Below, piece after piece: positions 38,990 through 48,998 of a DNA stretch of 64,000 nt. A program made the position numbers and the translations under genes. The stretch comes from an uncultured Verrucomicrobiae bacterium. GTDB taxonomy: Bacteria > Verrucomicrobiota > Verrucomicrobiia > Opitutales > JABDGR01. The stretch is from assembly GCA_963765205.1 (NCBI GenBank), contig CAVXVB010000009.1:512001-576000 (forward strand), given 5' to 3'. A model generated the notes under the pieces. That model was given only the letters and a program-made list of their open reading frames with translations. It did not search any database and was not told the origin of the DNA. Numbering within the stretch: the first letter of the stretch is position 1; every line of letters begins with the position of its first letter.

Positions 38990-39625
38990 TTATAATGGGC
39001 CATCCTTCAAATACCATTTGCCGTTGATTTTGATAAAAGTAACGGGGTCCGCGTTGCCGCCGACCGCAAAGCCCCCATCAGTTGACGGGATAATTCCCTG
39101 TTTCAAATAAGTGGCTTCGTTGCCCGTGTCGTTAAAAGTCGGGGTCTGGTATTCAAGGGCTTCCCAAGACCGTGCAATCGTGTCGCGAAGTTGTTGCACA
39201 GACTGTTGCATTTCCGAAATCTGGGCACTTCGCTCGTCGTCATCCTGCATTGCTTGATAGAGAACGGGTTCAAATTTGTCCGGCGGGGCGTAAATTCTAT
39301 AGGCCTCGGCCTGATTGCCAGCCCGATGCAAACGCGCAACGTCCGCGAGAGAGGTTTTCAAATCCGCCTGAGGGTCTGCTTCAGCAGCCAAAGTCGGTGT
39401 GGCGGCGACTGGCACGGCGTCGGGTTTCGGCATGGGCGGCACAACGGGTGGGGCAATCGTCTGAGGCGCGACATGCTTGGGGGTAGCATCAGCCTTACCC
39501 AGCGTCGGCGCTTCTGCTGTCCTTTCTGGGGCAGCCACCGTAGGCCAAGTGCCCCACCAGATACCGAGGCAAACGATAACTACGGCAACGATGACAGTGA
39601 CCAAGATGAAGTTTTTCGGCTTCAT
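38990..39625 (-). CDS. Hypothetical membrane-anchored protein, paralog of 63045-63669
   Basis: MKPKNFIL TM anchor; ALEYQTPTFN.TG.EATY; FIKINGKWYLK. Confidence 0.8.
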   Translation of the reverse strand: MKPKNFILVTVIVAVVIVCLGIWWGTWPTVAAPERTAEAPTLGKADATPKHVAPQTIAPPVVPPMPKPDAVPVAATPTLAAEADPQADLKTSLADVARLHRAGNQAEAYRIYAPPDKFEPVLYQAMQDDDERSAQISEMQQSVQQLRDTIARSWEALEYQTPTFNDTGNEATYLKQGIIPSTDGGFAVGGNADPVTFIKINGKWYLKDGPL

Positions 39626-39729
39626 GGGGCCTTTTCTAATCCCTTTTGATTGAGGAACGCAAACACTTCCAAATCTCCGGCGACGTGAGATGGCGCCGGG
39701 GTTTCGCAGAAAACTTTAAACCACCAGGA

Positions 39730-40632
39730 TTATTTTGTGACCAAAAACTTGCGGTCGCGCAGCCAGCCGTAAAACATTTGCGGCCATTCCGCCCGGACAT
39801 CCGTATAGGAGGGACGCAGGCCGAAGCCGTGGCCGATGCCCGCGAGGATGTGCAAATCCACGGGTACGCCGGCTTTTTTAAACAGCAGGTAAACATTGGG
39901 CAGGCCTTCGGAGATGTCGGGCCGGTCGGCGCCGCCACACAGGAGAAAGGCCGGGGGCGAGTCTTTATCCGGCTGGATGGCTTTGGAATTGCCGGGGTAG
40001 AACAAGCCTTGGAAGGCCGGCTTGGTGCCCTGGCGCTCAATCGGGTCGGGGTCGTCGGGCTTGCCATTATCATAGCGCATCGAAATCATCGCGGCGAGTT
40101 CCCCGCCCGCGGAAAAACCCATCACGCCGAGGCGCGCCGGGTCAATTTCCCAGTCTGCCGCCCGGGAGCGCACGAGGCGCATGGCGCGGGCAACGTTGTT
40201 GTATTCGTCTTTTTCCACAGTGTAGGGTTGGCCGGTGTCCTCCGTGGGTCGGGTGGCGCGCGGGGCCAGGCGGGCCAGGCGGTTTTTCAACACAAACGCC
40301 GAAATGCCGTGGTCGGCCAGCCATTGCGCGACGTAGCAGCCTTCGGAGTCGAACGACAACTGGTAGTGTCCACCGCCCGGCATTACGATCACACCCGCGC
40401 CGGTGGCTTTATCCTTGGCGGGCAGAAAAATAGTCAGGCTGGGAAAATTCACATTGGTGATGACGCGTTCGCCAGTACGGGCGTCCGTGGCGACTTTTTC
40501 CGGGGAAGTGTTGCCTTCAGAGCCGGGGGCGCCGTTGGGCCACAATAAAACAACGGGCGGGGCGTCCGCGGCGCGAACGTTCAACAGGAGCAAAGCCAGG
40601 GCGGCGAATAACAAAGCGGGGGTTTTTTTCAT
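39730..40632 (-). CDS. Exported alpha/beta hydrolase (xylan esterase-like)
   Basis: LWPNGAPG, PGGG, GFSAGG, HGFG. Confidence 0.88.
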   Translation of the reverse strand: MKKTPALLFAALALLLLNVRAADAPPVVLLWPNGAPGSEGNTSPEKVATDARTGERVITNVNFPSLTIFLPAKDKATGAGVIVMPGGGHYQLSFDSEGCYVAQWLADHGISAFVLKNRLARLAPRATRPTEDTGQPYTVEKDEYNNVARAMRLVRSRAADWEIDPARLGVMGFSAGGELAAMISMRYDNGKPDDPDPIERQGTKPAFQGLFYPGNSKAIQPDKDSPPAFLLCGGADRPDISEGLPNVYLLFKKAGVPVDLHILAGIGHGFGLRPSYTDVRAEWPQMFYGWLRDRKFLVTK

Positions 40633-40727
40633 GGGGGTGGTAGGGTAGAGCGGTATGTTCCAAATCAACCGGGCGCGCTGCAATACCTATTTTAACGCTC
40701 ATTCGGCGTAGTCATGGCGCATCTGGA

Positions 40728-41396
40728 TTGCCGGCCCAGCAGTTGGTTTGCCTGGGAAATCTTGCGAAAAACGCCGGTTGTTCAACCTTCTTGCCTTTGC
40801 CCCATATTCGCATACCGTTTTCTGAATCGGACCCAAACACCAACGAGGTGCTGGACATCTTTAAAAAGACGGGCGCGCTGCTCGAGGGGCACTTTGTCCT
40901 CCGCTCGGGGTTGCACAGCGGGCACTACTTTCAGTGTGCCCAAGTGTGCCAGAGCATGGAAGCCGTCACACGGTTATGCCAGATGCTGTTGGCGAAATTC
41001 GGGCGGGAGGACTTTGCCACGGTATTGGCGCCGGCGATGGGCGGACTCGTTCTCGGACAGGAAGTTGCCCGCCAGGCGAACAAGCGTTTTTTGTTTGCCG
41101 AGAAGGTGGACGACAAACTGGCATTGCGCCGTAATTTTAAATTTGCGCCGGGCGAGCGCGTGCTCGTGGTCGAGGATGTCATCACCCGTGGCGGGCGCGT
41201 GCAGGAATGTCTCGACTTGATCACCCAGGCCGGTGCCACGCCCGTCGGTGTGCTGGTGCTCGTGGATCGCAGCGAGGGGCAGGCCCGCTTTTCCATCCCG
41301 CACGTCTCGCTCCTCGAAATGAGTTTCCCCACCTATGCGCCCAACCAACTCCCGCCCGCGCTCGCCGCGCGGCCGGTGCAAAAACCGGGCAGTTGA
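40728..41396 (+). CDS. pyrE: Orotate phosphoribosyltransferase (start uncertain)
   Basis: GHFVLRSGLHS, VVEDVITRGG. Confidence 0.92.
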   Translation: MPAQQLVCLGNLAKNAGCSTFLPLPHIRIPFSESDPNTNEVLDIFKKTGALLEGHFVLRSGLHSGHYFQCAQVCQSMEAVTRLCQMLLAKFGREDFATVLAPAMGGLVLGQEVARQANKRFLFAEKVDDKLALRRNFKFAPGERVLVVEDVITRGGRVQECLDLITQAGATPVGVLVLVDRSEGQARFSIPHVSLLEMSFPTYAPNQLPPALAARPVQKPGS

Positions 41397-41399
41397 TCC

Positions 41400-42263
41400 A
41401 TGTTCAAACAAATCACCATTCTCGGCCCCGGTCTGCTGGGCGCTTCGCTGCTGCAGGCGGCGAAGGGCCGCGGCCTCTGCGAGCGCACGGCCGCCTGGTC
41501 GCGCCGCGCCGAAACCCGCGCCAAGTGCGAGGGCCAGCCGTGGTGCGACGCTGTTTTTGCCGACGCGGGCAAAGCAGTGGCCAAAGCGGACTTTGTGGTT
41601 GTTTGCACGCCGGTGGATACCATCGTGCCGCTGCTGGGCGAAATTGCGTCCATGCTGAAGAAAGGCGCGCTGGTGACGGATGTCGGCTCGACTAAAAGCC
41701 TCATTTGCCGGCTGGGCCGCGCCGCGCTGCCGAAAAAAGTCGCGTTCGTCGGCTCGCACCCGATGGCTGGCTCGGAGAAAGGCGGCCTCGAACACGCTGA
41801 CCCCGAGCTATTCCAAGGCCGCGCCTGTTTTGTCACCCCGCTGGTGGACACGCCAGCTAAGGACGTGGACCGCGTGACGCGTTTTTGGAAGGCGCTCGGT
41901 ATGGAAGTCTCCACCACCACGCCGGAAACGCATGACGAAATCGCCGCGCACCTGAGCCATCTGCCACATTTGCTCGCCGCCGCTTTTTGTGCCTACCTCG
42001 GTACGCGCGACCCGCACTGGATCCATTTCGCCGGGCCGGGCCTGCGCGACACCACGCGCGTCGCCGCCGGCGACCCGGCGCTGTGGAAAGCCATCGCCCT
42101 CGAAAACCGCGAAGAGATTCTGCGCGCCCTCGATGGTTTTCAAAAGGAAGTGGACCACCTGCGCGCCGCCCTGCACAACGCGCAACCATTTGCACTCCAG
42201 CACCTCCTCGAACGCGGCCGCGACTACCGCGTGCGCCTGCGGCCCCTCGGGGGGAAAGGATGA
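41400..42263 (+). CDS. tyrA: Prephenate/arogenate dehydrogenase
   Basis: GPGLLG, TDVGSTK, HPMAGSE, SHLPH, RDTTRVA. Confidence 0.93.
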   Translation: MFKQITILGPGLLGASLLQAAKGRGLCERTAAWSRRAETRAKCEGQPWCDAVFADAGKAVAKADFVVVCTPVDTIVPLLGEIASMLKKGALVTDVGSTKSLICRLGRAALPKKVAFVGSHPMAGSEKGGLEHADPELFQGRACFVTPLVDTPAKDVDRVTRFWKALGMEVSTTTPETHDEIAAHLSHLPHLLAAAFCAYLGTRDPHWIHFAGPGLRDTTRVAAGDPALWKAIALENREEILRALDGFQKEVDHLRAALHNAQPFALQHLLERGRDYRVRLRPLGGKG

Positions 42264-42445
42264 AGGATGAGGGATGAAGGATAATAAAGCCTGCGTTGGC
42301 CGCCGCGCCCAACGCACCGCCCGCATTATCATAGAACACAATCGCTGATGATTACGGGAACTTTTCATCCTTCATAATTCATCCTTCATCCCTCATCCTT
42401 CATCCCTCATCCCTCATCCCTCATCCCTCATCCTTCATCCTTTCC
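42253..42445. repeat. Inverted heptamer arrays GGATGAR x4 / YTCATCC x11
   Basis: 25-nt perfect inverted match 42253-42277 with 42421-42445. Confidence 0.92.
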
Positions 42446-43801
42446 GTGAAAGACCCCCTCTCCATTACCCCCTTCACCGCGCCCGTGCGCGGCGCGGTGG
42501 AGCTGCCCGGCTCGAAAAGCGTCACGAACCGCGCGCTCATTCTCGCCGCGTTGTGCCGCGACCCGGTGACGCTGCGTTACGCGCTGTTCAGCCGCGACAC
42601 GGAAATTATGGTGAAGGCCCTTCGCGCGCTGGGCTTCAAAATCACCACCAGCGAAAAAACGCACCGCATCCGCGTCGAGGGCCGCGGTGGGATGATTCCC
42701 AAGGCGAAGGCCGCGATCCACGTCGGCAACGCCGGCACCGCCGCGCGCTTTTTGCCCGCGGCCTTGTGCCTGAAAAAACGCGGACACTACATTTTTGATG
42801 GCGACGAAGCCATGCGCGAGCGTCCCATGAAGGGCCTGCTCGACGCCTTGCGGCGCCTCGGCGCGGACCTCGAATTCAAGGGACAGCCCGATCATTTTCC
42901 CTTTGTGCTGCACACGCACGGCATGTCCGGCGGAACAGTCGAGGTGGACGCCTCGGCCTCGTCGCAGATTCTGTCGGCGATGATGATTGCGGCTGCGTGG
43001 GCCAAGGGCCACCTTGAGTTGCACCGCCTCGGCCCGATGGTCTCGGAGCCGTTCATTCTGATGACGGCCAAGATGATTCCGCGTTTCAACCGCGGCTTTG
43101 TACCCGACATTGACGCGCCGGGGTTCAATGAGTTTTACCATGTCGAGCCGGACGCGACGGCGGCCAGTTATTTCGTCATGCTTCCGCTGGCCGCGCCGGG
43201 CGCCGCGCCGGGCTACCAAATCACCGGCCTCGGCGAGAACACCACTCTGCAGGGCGACCTGGCCTTTCTTACCGTCGCGCAAGCGGTGGGCCTGCACATC
43301 GCCAAAAAAGCCTATCACACGGAAATCACCGCCGGCACCGGCGCGCGCGGCGTCACGCAAAATTTTAATCCGTTTTCCGACACGTTTTTAACTCTCGCCG
43401 CCATGGCGCCGTTGCTCGAAGGCCCGACGCGCATCACCGGCATCGCGCACACGCGCAAGCAGGAGACCGACCGCGTGCTGGCGATGGCGACGGAGCTGAA
43501 AAAGCTCGGCCAGGAGGTCGAGGAATTCGAGGACGGCCTGGCAATTACGCCGAATCTGGAAAAACTGCGCGCGCTCGCGGCCCAAGGCGTGAAGAAGAGG
43601 AAATTACTCAGCATCGAGACCTACGACGACCATCGCGTCGCGATGAGCTTTGGGGTTCTCGGCTGCCGCGATTTGCTCGGCACCGGCAAACCCTGGCTGG
43701 AAATCCAACACCCCGCCTGCTGTGGCAAAACCTTCCCCAAGTTTTTCGAGACCCTCGATGACTTGCGAAAACAATCCAAAAATTGTCCACGCCGATTATA
43801 A
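42446..43801 (+). CDS. aroA: EPSP synthase
   Basis: PGSKSVTNR, GNAGTAARF, SSQ, RKQETDR, DHRVAM. Confidence 0.95.
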   Translation: MKDPLSITPFTAPVRGAVELPGSKSVTNRALILAALCRDPVTLRYALFSRDTEIMVKALRALGFKITTSEKTHRIRVEGRGGMIPKAKAAIHVGNAGTAARFLPAALCLKKRGHYIFDGDEAMRERPMKGLLDALRRLGADLEFKGQPDHFPFVLHTHGMSGGTVEVDASASSQILSAMMIAAAWAKGHLELHRLGPMVSEPFILMTAKMIPRFNRGFVPDIDAPGFNEFYHVEPDATAASYFVMLPLAAPGAAPGYQITGLGENTTLQGDLAFLTVAQAVGLHIAKKAYHTEITAGTGARGVTQNFNPFSDTFLTLAAMAPLLEGPTRITGIAHTRKQETDRVLAMATELKKLGQEVEEFEDGLAITPNLEKLRALAAQGVKKRKLLSIETYDDHRVAMSFGVLGCRDLLGTGKPWLEIQHPACCGKTFPKFFETLDDLRKQSKNCPRRL

Positions 43802-43855
43802 ACCCCGCCCAAAATAGGTTTTGACCATCCAGGCTTTTTGCGTAAAGTTGGCTGT

Positions 43856-44212
43856 ATGAGCTTCATGTTATTCTTGCTCGTGTTGATGGCGCTGCTGGTC
43901 ATTTGCCTTGTGGCTCTGCTGGCCGCCCTGCTGCATTGGGTGGTGCCCATGGTGGTGATGCTGGCCTTTCTGCTCTTCGGTCTGGCTTTGCTCGCCCTGT
44001 ATCCCGGCTCGATTATCTGGGCGTATTTGGACGCCAAGGCCCGCGGCAAGCCCGGCTGGGCGCTGGCGCTGCTGGTGGCCTTGTCCCCCATCTTGGCCTT
44101 GATTGGCTGGCCCTTGAGCCTCTTGGCGTGGGTCGTATTTCGCCCGGCCAAAACCTCCGCCGCCGGCAACCTCCCCGCCGGCGCTTATGGCAGCTCGCCC
44201 GCCCATCCTTGA
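43856..44212 (+). CDS. Small membrane protein
   Basis: Hydrophobic; WAYLDAKARGKPGW...FRP. Confidence 0.7.
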   Translation: MSFMLFLLVLMALLVICLVALLAALLHWVVPMVVMLAFLLFGLALLALYPGSIIWAYLDAKARGKPGWALALLVALSPILALIGWPLSLLAWVVFRPAKTSAAGNLPAGAYGSSPAHP

Positions 44213-45008
44213 GACCGTGGAGACCGCACCCGGCCCTGCGGCAGCGCCGCTGATTGACCCGGCGGAACTCGCCCGCTGGATTTTTCACCAGGATGACGAT
44301 GTCGTGGTCGTAAACAAACCTGGCTGGGTCGTGTGCCATCCCTCCAAGCATGGCCCGTGGTCGTCGCTGGTCGGAGCGTTGCGCGAACATTTCGCCACCC
44401 CGACGCTGCATTTGGTCACGCGGCTCGACCGCGAAACGAGCGGCGTGGTCGTCGTCGCGCGGCATCCCCTGGCCGCGCGGCGTTACCAGATGGCGATGCA
44501 AAACCGTCGCGTCGAAAAAACCTACCTCGCACTGCTCACCGGCGAGTTGGCCGCCGCCATCGAAGTAACTGCGCCACTGGCCCGCGACGAAAAAAGTGTG
44601 GTCGCCGTGATGCGCCGAGTGGCTATGCCGGGCGAAACAGGCGCGGAATCCGCCCGCACCCGCTTTGTGCCGCTGGCGGCGAAAAATGGTTTCACCCTCG
44701 CGCGCGTCGAGCCGATTACCGGCCGCACGCACCAAATCCGCGTCCATGCCGCGCACCTCGGCCACGCCGTGCTCGGCGACAAGCTTTACGGGCCAGACCC
44801 GTCGCTCTATCTTGAATTTGCCAAGCAAGGCTGGACCCCGCGGCTGGCGGCAACGCTCCCCTTGCGGCGGCAAGCCCTGCACGCCGCGCGCGTGCGTTTC
44901 CTTGATGACGGCCTGGGCGACTTCACTGTGCCACCCCCGCCAGATCTAGCCGAATTCACCCGCGCTCAATTGGGCCTGGATTTGGCAGCGGCGTGGACGG
45001 ATGATTAA
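44187..45008 (+). CDS. RluA family pseudouridine synthase
   Basis: NKPG, RLDRETSG, TGRTHQIRVH, GDKLYG. Confidence 0.92.
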   Translation: MAARPPILETVETAPGPAAAPLIDPAELARWIFHQDDDVVVVNKPGWVVCHPSKHGPWSSLVGALREHFATPTLHLVTRLDRETSGVVVVARHPLAARRYQMAMQNRRVEKTYLALLTGELAAAIEVTAPLARDEKSVVAVMRRVAMPGETGAESARTRFVPLAAKNGFTLARVEPITGRTHQIRVHAAHLGHAVLGDKLYGPDPSLYLEFAKQGWTPRLAATLPLRRQALHAARVRFLDDGLGDFTVPPPPDLAEFTRAQLGLDLAAAWTDD

Positions 45009-45112
45009 AATAGGGGAAAACACGGAGGATACGGACAGAGTGAGCAGTTTGGGTTTCGAGTTTGGAGTTGAACTCCCGCTGGGTTCTCCTTGTGTTCTGT
45101 GGTTTACTTGTC

Positions 45113-45670
45113 ATGTCATCAAATCAGCCTGCCGCTTACGGCCCGGATATCGCGTCTTTGTTAACCGGCGTTGCCCCGGCCCCGCTGGACATGGGCCGGC
45201 CCGAGGAAAAATTCCGTGCGGCCTTGGCGGCACTCACGCCGGAAGGCATTTTTGCAACCCTACGCAAGCCTGTCCGCGATGCGCGCATGGCGCGGTGCTG
45301 CCTCGCCGGGCTGTGGCTGCGGCATAATTTTTTCGACGAGTCGCACGCGCTTTCGCAGGAAATTGAAACGCCGAGCGGCAGCTTCTGGCACGCGATTCTG
45401 CACCGCCGCGAGCCGGACTACGGCAATGCCGGCTACTGGTTCCGGCGCGTCGGCGCGCACCCGATTTATCCCGCGCTGAACGCCGCGGCCATCGCCTCGG
45501 GCTGGCCGAAATCGGCGCGGTGGGATCCGTTGGTGTTTGTGAACCAAGTCGAAGAAGCCATCGGCAAAGGGACCGAAAATTCCACCACAAAACTATGCGT
45601 GCAAGTTCAACAACTCGAATGGGAATTATTGTTCGAGTATTGTTGGAAGCAGGCGATCGGCGCGAATTGA
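45113..45670 (+). CDS. Conserved hypothetical helical protein
   Basis: SH.LSQ, WHAILHRREPDYGNAGYWF. Confidence 0.75.
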   Translation: MSSNQPAAYGPDIASLLTGVAPAPLDMGRPEEKFRAALAALTPEGIFATLRKPVRDARMARCCLAGLWLRHNFFDESHALSQEIETPSGSFWHAILHRREPDYGNAGYWFRRVGAHPIYPALNAAAIASGWPKSARWDPLVFVNQVEEAIGKGTENSTTKLCVQVQQLEWELLFEYCWKQAIGAN

Positions 45671-45690
45671 TTTGTCGGTTTATGGTGGAG

Positions 45691-45720
45691 TTCACCGCCA
45701 AGGCGCGGAGAACGCAAAGA
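45691..45720 (+). repeat. Half copy of the TTCACCGCCAAG element
   Basis: TTCACCGCCAAGGCGCGGAGAACGCAAAGA resembles the 17222 left arm. Confidence 0.6.
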
Positions 45721-45880
45721 AAGATTTTGGCAAGTGGTTTAGCCAATCCATTTTGTGCTGCTCGATAGACATATTTTGCTGGTCATAGCGGACAAATAGT
45801 GTCATATCTCAAAACAACGGGCAAGGAATGTAAATGTTATCTTATTGCCTTTCAATAAGTAACGAAAATACCGGCAAAAT

Positions 45881-45896
45881 TGGCACGTTCCGTGTT
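45881..45896 (+). promoter_or_regulatory. Putative sigma-54 promoter
   Basis: TGGCACGTTCCGTGTT with consensus -24 box, after an AT-rich tract. Confidence 0.6.
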
Positions 45897-45912
45897 ATCT
45901 ACTTCTCGCAAC

Positions 45913-48900
45913 ATGGAAATCTTACTTTTTCTCCTCGGGCTGTTTTACCTCCTCGTCTTGCCGATTCTGGCCTTCATCGCCTTGGGCAACACGAGCGGGA
46001 TGGAGCGGCGGTTTCGCGGATTGGAAGATCGGTTGCGCGAACTGGAGAGAAAATTGCGTGAACAAAATAGCGCGGTTGCGGAGCCGTCCAAGTGCGCCGA
46101 GGCAAAACAACCGGTGGCCCCGCAGCCACCGCCGTTGGCGCTGCGGCCAGTAACCGTTCCGCCGGCCATAGCCGTTTCGCCATTGGTTGCCGCCAAAATC
46201 CACCCGCCGACTGCTCCCACCCACCCACCTGCGCCGGTGATGGCACCCGCGCCGATTCCGAGCGCAAGAATTCCGTTCCCGCAAGCCAAGGAAGCGCCGG
46301 GCGAGGAAAAGCCCAAAGACCCCGGTGCGGAAATCACGCTGGGTGCGCGCTGGGCCACGCGGCTGGGCAGCGGGTTTCTGGTCATCGCAGTGGTTTTCTT
46401 TGGGGTCTATATCAGCAAATTTTCCACCCCGGGCGTGCGGTTGCTCGAAGTGCTGGCGCTGGCGGCAGCGGTGACGGGCGCGGGAGTCTGGCTCGAACGG
46501 CAAGCGCGGGAATTCGGCGAGGCAGTGTTTGCGGGCGGGCTGGCAATTTTCTATTTTGCAGCGTTTGCGGCGCACGCCATCGCGGCGATGCGGGTGATTC
46601 CCGAGCAAGCCATTGAGGAGGGGTTGGCCGTGCAATTTCTGGCCGTGGCGGCGATTGCGGTCATCGCGTGCTGGCGCAACCGGCCGCAGATCGCCATGAT
46701 GGCAGTGGCCCTCGGGATGCTTTCCTGCTTCTTCGCGCTGCACCGCGACCGGATGGAAATCTCACTCGGGGCGGCGCTGGGGCTGGCGGGGGCGGCGGCG
46801 GCACTGCGCGTGGCGCGCGGTTGGGTGTGGCCGCTGGCGCTGGGCTATGTGGGCGCGCAAATTTGCTATGCGGGTTCCATCCTCGTGTTGATGGGCTACA
46901 CGCTGGAGAACTTTTTCCGGGGCGAATGGCTGAATGTGCCACTGCACCATTTGGCCGAAGAATTCGCGCCGTGGCCGGGGATCACGCTGGTTTTTCCGAC
47001 CGCCTATTTTATTTTGCTGCTCGGCGCGGACCTCTGGGCCGAAAGACGGCAGCGCACGAACAGTCCCACGCTGCGCGGCGGTATCGTGCTGGTCGCCGCG
47101 ATCTTGTATGGCTTGGGTGGGTGGTGGGGTGGGGCGGAGTTTGGCCACTCGTGGGACTCGACCAATTTGCTCGCGGCCGCGATCATTTGCCTCGGCGCGG
47201 GCGCGGTTTACCAATGGCGCAAGGACACACCGGAAATTTATGAAGTCCTCTACGCCGCGGCGGGGACGTGGGCCGCCATTTATTTAATCAACGAATACAC
47301 GGGCTACATCCGCTGGCTGGCGCTGCTGCTGGAATGTTTTATCTTTGCCTGGCGCGCGCGGCGGCACGGCTCGAGTTTTGCCTGGGTTTGCCTCTATGGC
47401 GCCTGGGCGTGTTCTTTCGTGATGGCCTTTCACGATGCGGCCCAGTTAGCGGCGAGCGTGGACGCTTGGAACGCGGTGCGGCTGAAGTTTGCGCTCTGGC
47501 CGGTGGTGTCGCTGGCGTTGTGGGCGTGGCTGGAAAAAGCTCCGCGCGCGGTCCGCGAGGATGAACGCACCGGTTTGCTGATTGGCGGCTATGTGACGGC
47601 GGCCGGCACGGTCGCGCTGGGGTGGGCGGCGTGGATGGAGCCGGCGCAGACGTGGCTCTGGCTGGGCATCGCATCGGCGGCGCTAGTGGCGGGACTAGTG
47701 GGGAAATTGCGCACGGTCTGGCCGACGGTGTGGGGGACGCTTATTTTTTCGATGTGGCTGTATGCGCCGCCGGTTAACGCCGCGACGTTGGAAGTTGCTA
47801 TGGTGCTCGCGGTGTTTAGCGCGAGTGTGCTGGGGTTGACAGCCCTGCTCCAAAGCCGCGCGGATTGGGAGCACAAACGGATACTGGCCGAATTTGGCGA
47901 AGTGGTAAGCCGTGACGACGAGAAGCATAACCGGCTGCCGACTAATATCGGCGAAGTGGTGGGCTTTTTATCGCTGCTTGCTGTTTGGATTCGCGGCTTT
48001 TTCGCTTTGCCGCAGGGAGAGAATCATCTGGCCGTGGCCTTGACCGCGGCGGCGCTGGTGCTGGCCGCGCTCGCCTGGCGCGGGCCATGGCGCACGACGG
48101 GCGACCTCGCCTGGATTTGGGCCATGACCGGTTTAGTGGTTAGGGGTGGTGGACATTTTCAATTTCAGACGGTCGGCCCGGATCGCCTATGCCTGATGAT
48201 GGTGCTCGCGCTCGGCTGGCTCTGGGGCGCGCTGAGCCGAAAAGAAAAACCCGGCGTGTATATTCTTGGCCTCGACAAGACCGGGTTGATCCTGCCGGGA
48301 TTTTTGTTTGTCGGCTGGACGATGCTGGCAGTGCCGTGCGACGCCTCCGACTCGAACTGGGCGTTGTGGTTGGCCGGCAGCGCGGTGAGTTTTGCCTTGA
48401 TTGGCCGGCGCGAATGGCTGCCTGGCGGCGGGGCGGCGGCGGTTTTGTTGAGTCTCGGCGCGTTTATCCGTGCCATCACTTTGAATATTCATGCGCTGGA
48501 TGATTGCTGGGCGCCGGCGGCGGTAGGCGCGGCCTTTATTTTACAAGGCCTGATTCCCGACCGGCGCGTGAGCCAGGGTGGGGGTCGTCGGAGCATTAGC
48601 TTTTGCCTTTTTGTGATAGCGGCGGCCGCCCTCCTGGTTTTCGACTGGCCGGTGGCCGGCCTGCCCGGCGTGAACAGCCGGTATGTGACGATGCTGTGGG
48701 CGGGCGCGGGCGCGGGCCGCGTTCATTGCGGGGCTGGCGGCGCGCTTGCGTGAGTATCGCTATATTGGCCTGGTTGGGCTGGCGGTGTGCGTGCCGCGGA
48801 TGTTTGTCGTGGATATCACCGACCAATTTGGCCGCATTTTGGCGTTTGGCGCACTGGCGCTGGCGTTGCTGGCGATTGGATTTTCCTACCACAAGCTGCG

Positions 48901-48967
48901 CGCGTGGCTGGTGGGGCGCGAGACCAGTGCGCCCGCCGCGCCGCCACCGGTGAAACCTGCAGCTTGA
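45913..48967 (+). CDS. DUF2339-like large polytopic membrane protein, frameshifted near 48716
   Basis: TM-coiled coil-Pro linker, EITLGARWA, many TM helices; tail FIAGL..REYRYIGL...RILAF in another frame. Confidence 0.8.
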
Positions 48968-48998
48968 ATTTTCCCCTAAACCCAAACCACACAATCCC

